Shown piece by piece: positions 28,310 through 38,577 of a stretch of DNA of 64,000 nucleotides. This DNA comes from Paludibacteraceae bacterium. Its GTDB lineage: Bacteria; Bacteroidota; Bacteroidia; Bacteroidales; Paludibacteraceae. Below the pieces are notes generated by a model, which was not told where the DNA came from, did not search any database, and was given only the letters and a program-made list of their open reading frames with translations. The stretch's first letter is position 1. Every line of letters starts with the position of its first letter. Both the position numbers and the translations under genes were made by a program. The stretch spans positions 23,036 through 87,035 of the forward strand of contig JAZRVR010000022.1 in the NCBI GenBank assembly GCA_045599285.1, in the 5' to 3' direction.

Positions 28310-28504
28310 ATGATTATCGTTCAAGTGAAAGAAGGTGAGAATATCGAGCGCGCGATTAAGAAATTCAAGCGTAAATTCGATAAGACCGGCGTGGTTAAGG
28401 AGCTCCGTCGTCGTCAGCAATTCAACAAGCCGTCTGAGGTTAAGCGCCTGAAAATGGAGCACGCTATCTACGTTCAGGCTTTGCACGCATACGACGATAT
28501 GTAA
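28310..28504 (+). CDS. rpsU: 30S ribosomal protein bS21
   Basis: 64 aa: MIIVQVKEGENIERAIKKFKRKFDKTGVVKELRRRQQFNKPSE. Confidence 0.92.
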   Translation: MIIVQVKEGENIERAIKKFKRKFDKTGVVKELRRRQQFNKPSEVKRLKMEHAIYVQALHAYDDM

Positions 28505-28543
28505 TCTGCCATTGTGGCATTTTGCATGCTGGATGTACGAAAA

Positions 28544-28579
28544 GTGGTGGTAACATTTGTTACTGCCACTATTTTTTTT
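28544..28579 (+). terminator. rho-independent terminator of rpsU
   Basis: GTGGTGGTAAC-ATTT-GTTACTGCCAC forms 11 bp including G.U pairs, followed by TAT8. Confidence 0.75.
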
Positions 28580-28588
28580 GTTGTTTTG

Positions 28589-28620
28589 CTTGCGTATGTC
28601 AATTATTTTTCGTAACTTTG
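28589..28620 (+). promoter_or_regulatory. sigma-A type promoter for waaA
   Basis: CTTG-CGTATGTCAATTATTTTTCG-TAACTTTG with a 20-nt spacer; the ATG is 24 nt after the -7 box. Confidence 0.6.
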
Positions 28621-28643
28621 CGCCGTTTTTAGCAGATTAATAT

Positions 28644-29855
28644 ATGCATATATATTTTTTACTTATTCGGTTAGCGGCTCTCTTGGGACACAAGAAGGCA
28701 AAATTGCTGGTAAAAGGGCAGGCTGATTCCCTGCGCGTTTTGCGTGATTTGTCGCTTCCGCAATCCCCCAATGTGGTGTGGGTTCATGCTGCTTCCGTGG
28801 GGGAGTTTGAGCAGGCTCGTCCGATTATTGAGATGCTGCGCGTGCGCCATCCCGAGTATAGGATTGTGCTCACCTTCTTCTCTCCTTCCGGCTACGAATT
28901 GCGCAAGAACTACGACAAGGTGGATATGGTCTTGTATTTGCCGTTCGCTACGCGCCGTAACGCGCGTCTGTTCCTGGATGCTGTTCGTCCTGATATCGCT
29001 GTTTTTGTCAAGTACGAGTTCTGGCCTGCTTACTTGCGCGAGCTGGCTCGCCGAGGAATTCAGACCTACAGTATTTCTGCTATTTTTCGCCCTAATCAAT
29101 TGTTCTTCAAGTGGTTCGGCAAACCCTATCTTCGTCTGCTTCGTTGCTTCACGCATATCTACGTGCAGGATCAGACGTCGCTCGGTTTGCTCGCCGCGCA
29201 TGGTATCGACCGTGCCAGCATAGCCGGAGATACGCGCTTTGACCGAGTGGTCGATGTGATGGCTGCATCTAAGCAAATCCCTATGGTTGAGCGCTTTACG
29301 CGCCAGGCGCGTGTCCTTGTGGCGGGTAGCACTTGGCCGCAGGATGAGAAACTGCTGCGTCAGTATGTCTTGAATCGACCGGACGTCAAACTGGTGCTCG
29401 TTCCTCATGAGATTCACCCTGAGCATCTGCAGTTTATCTTCAATCTATGGCAGGGGCAACTGGTTCGCTATACCGAGGCGAACGAGATGAGTGTCCTCCA
29501 TACCCGCACCATGTTGGTGGATACGATTGGTTACCTCAGTAGTATCTATCGGTACGGACAGGTGGCTTACGTTGGTGGCGGATTTGGCGTCGGTATTCAC
29601 AATACGTTAGAGGCGGCTGTGTATGGGATGCCGGTCTTGTTCGGACCTAACTATTCCAATTTCCGCGAGGCAAAAGGTCTGATCGAGGCAGGGGCTGCGT
29701 GCTCTGTTCGTGACTATGCTGAGCTCGAATCTGCGCTCGATCAGGCGTTTGAGCAGCAGGAGATGATGGGTGTCTCCGCCCGTGCGTATGTCGAAAGCGA
29801 GCGCGGAGCGACCGAGTTCATTTATACCCAACTCTTCGACTCTCATATTCAATAA
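28644..29855 (+). CDS. waaA: 3-deoxy-D-manno-octulosonic acid (Kdo) transferase
   Basis: 403 aa: VWVHAASVGEFEQARPIIEML, and the GT-B C-terminal half with GGGFGVGIHNTLEAAVYGMPVLFGP. Confidence 0.85.
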   Translation: MHIYFLLIRLAALLGHKKAKLLVKGQADSLRVLRDLSLPQSPNVVWVHAASVGEFEQARPIIEMLRVRHPEYRIVLTFFSPSGYELRKNYDKVDMVLYLPFATRRNARLFLDAVRPDIAVFVKYEFWPAYLRELARRGIQTYSISAIFRPNQLFFKWFGKPYLRLLRCFTHIYVQDQTSLGLLAAHGIDRASIAGDTRFDRVVDVMAASKQIPMVERFTRQARVLVAGSTWPQDEKLLRQYVLNRPDVKLVLVPHEIHPEHLQFIFNLWQGQLVRYTEANEMSVLHTRTMLVDTIGYLSSIYRYGQVAYVGGGFGVGIHNTLEAAVYGMPVLFGPNYSNFREAKGLIEAGAACSVRDYAELESALDQAFEQQEMMGVSARAYVESERGATEFIYTQLFDSHIQ

Positions 29856-29881
29856 GTTAAATCATTTAATTTATATATTCA

Positions 29882-31267
29882 ATGGCACAGAAACCAAGTA
29901 TTCCAAAAGGCACGCGAGACTTCTCTACGCAGGAGATGGCGCGCCGCAATTATATCTTCAATACCATCAAATCGGTCTTCTCGCTTTATGGTTTTCAGCA
30001 GATTGAGACGCCGGCGATGGAGAATCTCAGCACCCTCATGGGCAAGTATGGAGAGGAAGGCGATAAACTGCTCTTCAAGATTCTCAACTCTGGCGATTGG
30101 AAAGGCGCGCTGGATGCCGATGCGCTCGCCAATGCTACGATTGGTCAGCTGACCAGCAAGGTGAGTGAGAAGGGACTCCGTTATGATTTGACCGTTCCTT
30201 TTGCACGCTATGTCGTGCAGCATCGTGAGGAGATTCAGTTCCCCTTCCGCCGTTTCCAGATTCAGCCTGTTTGGCGTGCTGACCGCCCGCAGAAGGGACG
30301 TTACCGCGAGTTCTACCAGTGTGATGTGGACGTGGTGGGAACCGACTCTTTGGTGAGCGAACTTGAGCTCATCCAGATTGTCAAGGAGGTGTACCGCCGA
30401 CTGGGCATTCGTGTCAGCCTGCATATCAACAACCGCAAAATCCTGGCAGGTATTGCCGAGGTCATCGGCGCGCCGGACAAGATGATTGACATCACAGTTG
30501 CAATCGATAAGTTGGATAAAATTGGTGTTGAGAATGTCAACAAGGAACTCGTCGAGCGTGGCTTGACCGAGGAGGCTGTTGCTCGTCTGCAACCTATTCT
30601 CAATCTGTCTGGCTCTACCCGGGACAAACTGTCTGCTCTGCAGACTATCCTGCAAACCAGTGAAGTCGGACTCAAGGGTGTTGAGGAACTCACAACTATC
30701 TTCAGCTTTGTTGATGCAGCCTCCCCAGAGGGACAGACTGACTCCGCCTTTCAGATTGAACTCGACCTCTGCCTGGCGCGTGGTTTGAACTACTATACTG
30801 GAGCAATCTTCGAGGTTAAAGCTCTTGATGTTCAGATGGGTAGCATCACAGGAGGTGGTCGTTATGATAACCTGACTGGTATCTTTGGCATGCCCGGAGT
30901 GAGTGGAGTTGGCATCAGTTTTGGTGCAGACCGCATCTACGATGTGCTTACCGAACTCAATCTCTATCCTGCTGATATGTTGCAGGGTACGCAGATTCTA
31001 TTTGCCGCTTTTGGTAATGACGAATTGCGCTATGCACTCACTTGGGCGAGCGACCTTCGTGCGCAAAATGTGCGTGTGGAGGTGTACCCAGAACCGGCGA
31101 AGATGAAGAAGCAGATGGGGTATGCAGATGCCAAGCAGATTCCTTTCGTGGCAATCGTTGGTGGCGATGAGATGCGTGAGGGAGTGGTCATGCTCAAGAA
31201 TATGTTGACTGGCGAGCAAACTAAGGTCACGCCGGCCGAGCTCCTCTCCCATCTGACCATCTCTTAA
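29882..31267 (+). CDS. hisS: histidine--tRNA ligase
   Basis: 461 aa: [42 protein letters not shown], and a C-terminal anticodon-binding domain. Confidence 0.92.
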   Translation: MAQKPSIPKGTRDFSTQEMARRNYIFNTIKSVFSLYGFQQIETPAMENLSTLMGKYGEEGDKLLFKILNSGDWKGALDADALANATIGQLTSKVSEKGLRYDLTVPFARYVVQHREEIQFPFRRFQIQPVWRADRPQKGRYREFYQCDVDVVGTDSLVSELELIQIVKEVYRRLGIRVSLHINNRKILAGIAEVIGAPDKMIDITVAIDKLDKIGVENVNKELVERGLTEEAVARLQPILNLSGSTRDKLSALQTILQTSEVGLKGVEELTTIFSFVDAASPEGQTDSAFQIELDLCLARGLNYYTGAIFEVKALDVQMGSITGGGRYDNLTGIFGMPGVSGVGISFGADRIYDVLTELNLYPADMLQGTQILFAAFGNDELRYALTWASDLRAQNVRVEVYPEPAKMKKQMGYADAKQIPFVAIVGGDEMREGVVMLKNMLTGEQTKVTPAELLSHLTIS

Positions 31268-31268
31268 T

Positions 31269-31306
31269 TCACCCGTGGGTCACCCGTGGGTCGGCCGTGG
31301 GTCGCC
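31269..31306. repeat. 11-bp tandem array TCACCCGTGGG x3.4
   Basis: TCACCCGTGGG TCACCCGTGGG TCGGCCGTGGG TCGCC begins 2 nt after the hisS stop. A second 11-bp pair, TGGGTTATTAC/TGGGTTATTCT, lies at 31339-31360. Confidence 0.9.
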
Positions 31307-31412
31307 AACTTCCTTCCGATGTTCGCTCAGAGTTCGATTGGGTTATTACTGGGTTATTCTACAGATTCGTACGAAGAATGAGTAGTGTCGTACAACAACA
31401 AAAAATAAGTAT

Positions 31413-33680
31413 ATGAAAAATTTAAAAAAATGTGTTCTCTTGCTGCTCCTGTTGATGGTGTCGTTTGGGGTTGAGGCGGCGGAGCGTACTGTAGCGCAAG
31501 CAATGGCTATCGCCGAGAGTTTCGTGGGGAATGTGGGGCATGCCATGCGCGCCCCTGGGCAGATGCGCTTGTTGCATACGGTCAATATGTTTCAGCAGGA
31601 GGCGCCTGCTATGTATGTCTTTGAGGTAAACGAAGAGGGTGGTTTTGTGATTGTCTCTGCTGAGGATCGAGCACGTGCTATCTTGGGGTATTCTGACGAG
31701 AATAGTTTTGATCCTGCTGATATGCCGGAGAATCTGCGCATTTGGTTGCAGCACTATGCCGAGGAGATTGCATCCTTGTCTGCTATGCCAGAGTCTGCTG
31801 TTCTTCCTTCCTCGCAGGATGGACTGCCATTCGATACTGATGGTATGACGGATGCCGATATTGCTGCCTATGCACCAATGGCTCAGGCGGTTAGTCCTCT
31901 GCTCGGTGGCACAAAGTGGGGACAGAATGCTCCGTTTAACAACGATTGTCCGATGGATTCCAACGGCGAGCGCAGTATTACAGGTTGTGTGGCAACTGCT
32001 ACCTCGCAGGTGATGTTCTATTGGCAGTATCCTGCCTGCGGCACCGGTAGCAGTTCCTACGAGTGGACTCGCACAGATGAATCCAAACGCACTCTTAGTG
32101 CCGATTACAACACGCAATACGAGTGGGATAAGATGACCAAAGTGTACAATTCGTCATCTACCGCTGCGCAAAAGGCTGCCGTGGCGAAACTCTTGAGTCA
32201 CGTGGGGATTGCATCCGAGATGGGCTATCACTACAACGATAGTGGTACTCGTACCGAGAAGGCCATGCGTGCACTCTTCACTTATTTCGGTTACGATCCT
32301 GCTATTCGTTTCTTACGTCTTGATATTGACGGACTTACTGCCCTTGAGACCGCGATTCAAAGTGAACTGCTGGCCAGTCGTCCTGTTATCATGGATGGCT
32401 TTCATTTGTCTGGTGGTGGACACTGTTTCGTCTGCGAAGGATCAGATGGCAAGGGTGGCTTCTATATCAACTGGGGATGGACTGGTTCTGCCGATGGATA
32501 CTATCCGCTTTCTGCTTTGGATCCAAAGAATACCGATGGAGCATCTATGTTTCCCACTCCATATGCTGTCAAGGTTGGAGCTTTTCTTGGCATCCGTCCC
32601 AATCAGGGTGGACAACCTGAGCAACCGCGAATGGTTTGCAAGACCATCGAGTTGCAAGGTACAAGCAAAATATTCTCGGTTACAGACTCCGTAACGATTA
32701 ACCTTACCGAACTCGAGCCGCTTGGTGTCAACTGGTTCAACGATGCTCGAGTAGGTATCGCTATTTATCAGGGAGACACCTTCGTACGTAATTTCAAACG
32801 TTACATTATGAACATAGGCGATGGTCGATTCTACTACTATTTGTCGCACAAAAATACGTTCGAGGGCTTGGCGAATGGCAACTATCGTCTGGTACCATTT
32901 TATATGATGGATGTGGATAGCAAAATGATTACCATGCCTGTCTCCTTTGGTGCGAAGGAACTCCCATTCTCTGTTAGTGGCAATACCGTCACTTTCTCAG
33001 AGGTGCCAAGCATCGATTATTCCATACAGGACTTGCAGGTTACGCCATTGTATGGCAAGGATGTTAAGGGCAGCAAGAACGTCCGTATTGACTTCAATAC
33101 ACTTGCCTCGTTCTATGATATCCGCATTTTTAATGACGCTTCCGAGGAGGTGTTCTCTGTGGTAACACGCTATCTTACTACATTTGCTGCGCTCAATCCG
33201 GGCAAATATACTGCATGGGTACGTCCACTCAATTGTAGGAGAGATGCTTACTTAGCGTCTTGGGTATCAGAGGATTTCGAGATTATTGACTATTCCGTCC
33301 AGAATCTGAAGGCATCCGCAAGCGGCATGCAAATCAACATCTCTTATCAGAGTCCGGCACCTACCTTCCGCGTGTATGTCTATTGTGGCAACGATACCAT
33401 CTATCGCAAAGTATCTACTGGCAATTCTGTGATGGCTACTGCTCATAATCCCGGTACCTACACTATTTTCGTTCGTCCGCGTACCACCGATGGATATTGG
33501 TTGGCTCAGGCAGAAACGACTACTTGTACCGTTGGAGAAACACCAATTGATGAGGTTGTAGGCGAAGAGCAGGAGGTTCTCTACGATTTATTGGGTCGTC
33601 CTGTCACTTCTACACAGGCGTCCGGAATTTATATTCGCCGTCGAGGCAAAGAGGTTAAAACTATTTTTGTAAATGAGTAA
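31413..33680 (+). CDS. C10-family cysteine peptidase (streptopain/interpain-like) with N-terminal prodomain and T9SS C-terminal sorting domain
   Basis: Signal peptide, then a Spi/I69-like prodomain (FVIVSAEDRARAILGYSDE...MPENLRIWLQHYAEEI). The catalytic Cys lies in ITGCVATATSQVMFYWQYP (Cys192, nt 31986-31988) and the catalytic His in GGGHCFVCEG...FYINWGWTG. The C-terminal tail is VLYDLLGRPV...GIYIRRRGKEVKTIFVNE. Confidence 0.85.
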   Translation: MKNLKKCVLLLLLLMVSFGVEAAERTVAQAMAIAESFVGNVGHAMRAPGQMRLLHTVNMFQQEAPAMYVFEVNEEGGFVIVSAEDRARAILGYSDENSFDPADMPENLRIWLQHYAEEIASLSAMPESAVLPSSQDGLPFDTDGMTDADIAAYAPMAQAVSPLLGGTKWGQNAPFNNDCPMDSNGERSITGCVATATSQVMFYWQYPACGTGSSSYEWTRTDESKRTLSADYNTQYEWDKMTKVYNSSSTAAQKAAVAKLLSHVGIASEMGYHYNDSGTRTEKAMRALFTYFGYDPAIRFLRLDIDGLTALETAIQSELLASRPVIMDGFHLSGGGHCFVCEGSDGKGGFYINWGWTGSADGYYPLSALDPKNTDGASMFPTPYAVKVGAFLGIRPNQGGQPEQPRMVCKTIELQGTSKIFSVTDSVTINLTELEPLGVNWFNDARVGIAIYQGDTFVRNFKRYIMNIGDGRFYYYLSHKNTFEGLANGNYRLVPFYMMDVDSKMITMPVSFGAKELPFSVSGNTVTFSEVPSIDYSIQDLQVTPLYGKDVKGSKNVRIDFNTLASFYDIRIFNDASEEVFSVVTRYLTTFAALNPGKYTAWVRPLNCRRDAYLASWVSEDFEIIDYSVQNLKASASGMQINISYQSPAPTFRVYVYCGNDTIYRKVSTGNSVMATAHNPGTYTIFVRPRTTDGYWLAQAETTTCTVGETPIDEVVGEEQEVLYDLLGRPVTSTQASGIYIRRRGKEVKTIFVNE

Positions 33681-34218
33681 TATGCACAACACATCTGAGG
33701 AGTATGATCAGGTAGTTGCTACCTGTCGTGATATTTATGTCAAAAAGATGCGCGATTATGGACCATCATGGCGTATTATGCGCCCACAAACGGTTAACGA
33801 TCAGCTGTTTATCAAGGCAAAGCGCGTCCGCGAAATCGAGCAAACCGGAGTGAATCTGGTAGGCGAATCCATCGAGGGAGAGGTGATGGCCATTGTCAAT
33901 TATAGCATCATTGGTCTTATTCAACTCATGGAGGGATATGCCGATAGTGTGGATATGACTGCAGCACGTGCTACCGAATTATATGACAAGTATATGTCGG
34001 AAGCTAAGGCGCTCATGCTACGCAAAAATCACGATTATGGCGAGGCGTGGCGAGATATGTTCCCCAGTTCCTTGACGGACATTATCCTTACCAAGATCAA
34101 TCGCAACAAGCAGATTGCTGCGAATGATAACCAGACTTTGATCTCCGAGGGGGCGGATGGTAACTATTTTGACATGTTGAATTATGCTGTTTTTTATTTA
34201 ATTAAGGTTGGATTATAG
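33673..34218 (+). CDS. DUF1599-family protein (two internal repeats), cytoplasmic
   Basis: 181 aa with no signal peptide. The tandem internal repeat DYGPSWRIMRPQTVNDQLFIKAKRVREIE / DYGEAWRDMFPSSLTDIILTKINRNKQI matches my memory of the duplicated DUF1599 domain. Its start overlaps the upstream C10 stop (ATGAGTAA). Confidence 0.65.
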   Translation: MSNMHNTSEEYDQVVATCRDIYVKKMRDYGPSWRIMRPQTVNDQLFIKAKRVREIEQTGVNLVGESIEGEVMAIVNYSIIGLIQLMEGYADSVDMTAARATELYDKYMSEAKALMLRKNHDYGEAWRDMFPSSLTDIILTKINRNKQIAANDNQTLISEGADGNYFDMLNYAVFYLIKVGL

Positions 34219-34219
34219 T

Positions 34220-36652
34220 ATGCGTGGATTTCTTAGCTTTTTATTGGTTGCTTGCGCCATCTCCGTTCAGGCGGGACTGCGAACAGCAGAGCAGGCTCTT
34301 ACCGAGGCAAGTACGTTTTTTTCCGCTACTCAGCAGCAGCGTCAATTGGCACCATCGGCATCTCCGTTGGTCTTGACCTACACACACATGTTGCCGGATA
34401 ATGTTTCGCCGGCATTGTATATTGTGCAGCGAGGTGAGGATGCAGGATTTGTTGTCATTTCTGCCGACGACAGAGTGCGTACGGTCCTTGGTTATGCCGA
34501 CCAGGGATATGTTGATGTGCAGAATATGCCTGAGAATATGCGTATGTGGTTCATGCACTATGCCGAGCAGATTGCCTTGGCGCAGCAGTTCGGCACTCGT
34601 AAGGTTGCTGTGGCTCAAGTGGATAATTCGCCTGTCGCACCACTTCTCGGCAATATCCAGTGGAATCAGGACGAACCATACAACCTGATGTGTCCAATAG
34701 ATTCTGATGGTAAGCGTTGTGTTACCGGTTGCTTGGCTACGGCAGTTGCCCAGGTTATGCGATTCTGGAATTATCCTGAGCAAGGATCTGGTAGTTACAG
34801 CTATTCTTGGCGAAATAGTGCTGGCGAACGTACCACCTTGTCTGCTGATTTTGGTGCTACAACGTATGATTGGGAGCATATGTTGCCTCGTTATCGTTCC
34901 GGCAATTACTCACAGCAGGAGTCGGATGCTGTGGCTACTTTGATGTACCATGTCGGAGTGGCTGCTCACATGGGCTATTCTTCCAGCGGAAGTGGTGCTA
35001 GTGGATATATGGTGGCTCCGTTGTTGCAGAATTATTTCCGATACGATGCTGCTATGCAGAAGTGGCAACCTGATTATCTGGGAGATGTGCTCTTCTTGCA
35101 GCTGATGTTGGAGGAGATGCATACCGGACGTCCTGCCCTCATCTGCGGTTATACCGAGAATTGGGAAGGACATGCTTTCGTTTGTGATGGATACGATGGA
35201 GCTGGCTGTTTCCATATCAACTGGGGATGGGGTGGCTACCAGGATGGATTCTTTGCTCTTAGCGCATTGGATCCTGATGAGCAGGGGATTGGTGGTGCCG
35301 CTTCCGGCAAGGGCTACCACGTCGGAGTCGAGGCATATGCGGGTATCCGTCCTGACGAGGGAGGTATGACTATACCACAGTTAGGTGCTTCTACTTTGAA
35401 ACTGCTTTCTGACACTACGCTCCTCCGCACAAAGACTATCAAGTTTAACGTTTCGGAAGTCGTGAACATCGGTCTTGCCAACTGGTCTGGTAAACTGGGT
35501 ATCGGTCTCTGGCAGGACGACCAGTTTGTTCAGTGGCTGGATGGATTTGATTCTGAACTGTATGTCGGCTATTGGTACCAGAGTCTTGATTTTACAGGCA
35601 ACTTGCCTTCCTCTTTGCCGGATGGAGAGTATAGTTTCGCGTTCACCTTCTCTTTGCCGGATGGTGGCTATGCGATTGCTCCTATTGCGGAAGGTCGAGA
35701 TACATATCCGTTTGTCTTATCCGATGGGCAAGTCGAGTTTTTGATTCGTCCTCTTCCTATTCAGGAGGAAGATTTTACCTCGCTCACTTTCACAGAGTTG
35801 GCTCCGTCTGTCTTTGGCGTTCAATTGGCGGGATACGATATGGATATCGAGTTCGCTATCCGCACGCTCAACGAGCATGGTGTGATTGGTACATATGAGT
35901 ATAATCAGTATATCAAGGAAACGGCTGGTACTATTGCACAGGGGGCTCCTGTTCTGCATATGCAGGGAGAGCACAAGATGTACAATGCTATTTTCACCAT
36001 TCTTATTGAGGCCGCTTGGGATCCTTTCTTGCAGTCTGATTATCAGTATGTGGTCTATTATTCCTTCGATTTGGATGATGACAACCACTACTCTGGTCGT
36101 GCTGCCATCTCTATGGATCAGGTCTCATTGCCACAGGATGTCACCAATCAGGTGCTCACGTCGCGCTCTGTCGCAGAGGCGTTGACCGCTTTAAATGCCC
36201 TGCCGGACAATGCGCGCACGGACGTTCCTTATTTGGTTAGGGGTATTGTCAGCAGTCTCTCGGGTACGGCTGTTGAGCGTGCCGAAACAGGTGTCGCAGA
36301 TTTCACATTAGGAGCTACTGCCGGTAGTCTTAAGAAGTGCAAAGTCTCACATTGTGCTTGGCTTAATGATACGCCTTTTGTCACCGGTGATGAGTTGCAT
36401 AAGTCCGATGCCGTCATCGTCTGCGCTTATTTGTGCAAAGGAGAATCGGTATCCACCAGTCTCACGGATGGCTATATTTATAGCTCCAATGGCGAAGGTC
36501 CTATTTTGGATGTTGAATCAGTATTAACGGATGATTCTGCTACGGGTATTTATGATTTGTTGGGACGTTGTGTGAGTCGTGATGAATCGGTATCGGCTGG
36601 TATCTACATCCTGCAGATGCCGGGCAGTAAAAACAAAGTGGTTATCAGGTAA
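34220..36652 (+). CDS. C10-family cysteine peptidase paralogue with T9SS C-terminal sorting domain
   Basis: Signal peptide MRGFLSFLLVACAISVQA; prodomain FVVISADDRVRTVLGYADQ...MPENMRMWFMHYAEQI; Cys in VTGCLATAVAQVMRFWNYP; His in EGHAFVCDGY...FHINWGWGG. The tail is GIYDLLGRCV...GIYILQMPGSKNKVVIR. The ATG lies 1 nt after the DUF1599 stop. Confidence 0.85.
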   Translation: MRGFLSFLLVACAISVQAGLRTAEQALTEASTFFSATQQQRQLAPSASPLVLTYTHMLPDNVSPALYIVQRGEDAGFVVISADDRVRTVLGYADQGYVDVQNMPENMRMWFMHYAEQIALAQQFGTRKVAVAQVDNSPVAPLLGNIQWNQDEPYNLMCPIDSDGKRCVTGCLATAVAQVMRFWNYPEQGSGSYSYSWRNSAGERTTLSADFGATTYDWEHMLPRYRSGNYSQQESDAVATLMYHVGVAAHMGYSSSGSGASGYMVAPLLQNYFRYDAAMQKWQPDYLGDVLFLQLMLEEMHTGRPALICGYTENWEGHAFVCDGYDGAGCFHINWGWGGYQDGFFALSALDPDEQGIGGAASGKGYHVGVEAYAGIRPDEGGMTIPQLGASTLKLLSDTTLLRTKTIKFNVSEVVNIGLANWSGKLGIGLWQDDQFVQWLDGFDSELYVGYWYQSLDFTGNLPSSLPDGEYSFAFTFSLPDGGYAIAPIAEGRDTYPFVLSDGQVEFLIRPLPIQEEDFTSLTFTELAPSVFGVQLAGYDMDIEFAIRTLNEHGVIGTYEYNQYIKETAGTIAQGAPVLHMQGEHKMYNAIFTILIEAAWDPFLQSDYQYVVYYSFDLDDDNHYSGRAAISMDQVSLPQDVTNQVLTSRSVAEALTALNALPDNARTDVPYLVRGIVSSLSGTAVERAETGVADFTLGATAGSLKKCKVSHCAWLNDTPFVTGDELHKSDAVIVCAYLCKGESVSTSLTDGYIYSSNGEGPILDVESVLTDDSATGIYDLLGRCVSRDESVSAGIYILQMPGSKNKVVIR

Positions 36653-36664
36653 TAATGCGAATAT

Positions 36665-37759
36665 ATGATGAATAATACAAAGCATATCATAGGTGCCATC
36701 GCACGCGAGTTGCTAGGTCTCACCTTTGTCTTTTCGGGTCTGGTTAAGGCGATCGATCCGCTTGGAACTGTTTATAAAATAGAGGATTATCTCCGTGCAT
36801 TTGAGGGTTTCTTCTTGGACTTAATCCCTTTGTCAGGTGTCGCAGCCGCTTGTCTCATTGTCCTGGAGTTTTTGTTGGGTGTATGCTTGATTTGCAATGT
36901 TCGCACACAATGGACGGCATGGCTTTCTCTGCTCTTCATGTGTGTGATGACTCCGCTGACGCTCTATATTGCCCTTACCAATCCGGTCTCTGATTGTGGT
37001 TGCTTCGGTGATGCCATTGTGCTGAGCAACTGGGCTACGTTCTGGAAGAATATTGTACTCCTGACCTTGGTGGTCATCTTGTTGTGTTGCCGCCGTGCTA
37101 TCCCATCTACTTTTGTTTGGTGGATGGAGTTGCTCATTGCTGGCATGGGATTGGCTTTTGTGCTGGGACTGATGGCTTGGACCATTTATCACTTGCCTTT
37201 GGTGGATTTCCGTCCATACAAGGTCGGGAATAATATCCCCGAGTTGATGGCTATTCCGGATGATGCCGAGCAGGATGTGTATGAGGTGCGCTTCATCTAC
37301 GAGCGCAACGGCAAGCGACAGGAGTTTACTCTTGAGGATTATCCCAAGGGAGATCCTGAGTGGACCTTTGTCGATCAGAAATCTAAACTCATTAAGAAGG
37401 GATTCGAACCTATTATCCATGGCTTTGAGATCATCACGATGGATTACGAGGACATCACCTACGATGTCTTGGAGAGTGAAACCCCGGTTACGCTGGTTAT
37501 CATGTACGATTTGCCATTGGCAGATGCTTCTCAGATAGATAAAGTGCGTGATTTGCTGCAGAGTGACATGCCTTGCTATCTGATGACCGGTAGTGCGGAG
37601 CAGACGATTATTGATTTCTGCGATCAGTACGACCTGCCGATTGACCAATGCTGCATTTGTGATCCGGTTACTCTCAAGACCATCGTGAGGGCTAATCCTG
37701 GAGTCATCGTGGTTCAGAACGGCATCATCATAGATAAATATAATGTGCATAATCGCTAA
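36665..37759 (+). CDS. DoxX/MauE-like membrane protein with C-terminal soluble domain (BT_3928-like family)
   Basis: 364 aa. The N-terminal 4-5 TM region has LLGLTFVFSGLVKAIDPLG. It sits immediately upstream of tpiA, as I recall for its Bacteroides homologues. Confidence 0.55.
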   Translation: MMNNTKHIIGAIARELLGLTFVFSGLVKAIDPLGTVYKIEDYLRAFEGFFLDLIPLSGVAAACLIVLEFLLGVCLICNVRTQWTAWLSLLFMCVMTPLTLYIALTNPVSDCGCFGDAIVLSNWATFWKNIVLLTLVVILLCCRRAIPSTFVWWMELLIAGMGLAFVLGLMAWTIYHLPLVDFRPYKVGNNIPELMAIPDDAEQDVYEVRFIYERNGKRQEFTLEDYPKGDPEWTFVDQKSKLIKKGFEPIIHGFEIITMDYEDITYDVLESETPVTLVIMYDLPLADASQIDKVRDLLQSDMPCYLMTGSAEQTIIDFCDQYDLPIDQCCICDPVTLKTIVRANPGVIVVQNGIIIDKYNVHNR

Positions 37760-37795
37760 TTCTAAAATATTAATAACCAATAAAATAGTACAAGT

Positions 37796-38545
37796 ATGAG
37801 AACAAAAATGGTTGCAGGTAACTGGAAAATGAACAAGAACCTGCAGGAAGGTGTAGCTTTGGCTACCGAGTTGAAAGAGGTTGTCAAGAATCCTAATTGC
37901 GAAGTCGTAATCGGTACTCCGTTTATTCACTTGGCTACTGTTGCTGAACTCTTGAAGGATAGTCCTATCCATGTTGCAGCCGAGAACTGCGCCGACAAGG
38001 AGAAGGGTGCTTTCACGGGTGAGGTTAGTGCTGAAATGGTGGCTTCTACCGGAGCTACTTATTGCATCTTGGGCCACAGCGAGCGTCGTGCTTACTATCA
38101 CGAGGACTATGCTATCCTGGCTGAGAAGGTGAAACTCGCTCTCGCTCATGGATTGAAGCCAATCTTCTGCATCGGTGAGGTGAAAGAGGAGCGTGAGGCT
38201 GGCAAGCAGAACGAGGTCGTTAAGGCACAACTCGAGGGTTCTGTCTTCAATCTTACTGCTGAGGAGTGGGCTAAGGTGACATTGGCTTACGAGCCGGTTT
38301 GGGCAATTGGTACTGGCCTGACCGCTACACCGGAGCAGGCTCAGGAGATCCACGCATACATTCGTTCGCTCGTCGCTGAGAAGTATGGCCAGCAGGTGGC
38401 TGACGATACTACTATCCTGTATGGTGGTAGCTGCAACGAGAAGAATGCTGCTGAGCTCTTCTCTTGCCCGGATATCGATGGTGGTCTGATTGGTGGTGCT
38501 GCTCTCGTCGCAGAGAAGTTCCTCGCAATCATCGCTGCTCGCTAA
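37796..38545 (+). CDS. tpiA: triose-phosphate isomerase
   Basis: [29 protein letters not shown]. Confidence 0.95.
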   Translation: MRTKMVAGNWKMNKNLQEGVALATELKEVVKNPNCEVVIGTPFIHLATVAELLKDSPIHVAAENCADKEKGAFTGEVSAEMVASTGATYCILGHSERRAYYHEDYAILAEKVKLALAHGLKPIFCIGEVKEEREAGKQNEVVKAQLEGSVFNLTAEEWAKVTLAYEPVWAIGTGLTATPEQAQEIHAYIRSLVAEKYGQQVADDTTILYGGSCNEKNAAELFSCPDIDGGLIGGAALVAEKFLAIIAAR

Positions 38546-38577
38546 AAAGCCCCTCGAAACATCGAAATCTCAAAAAA

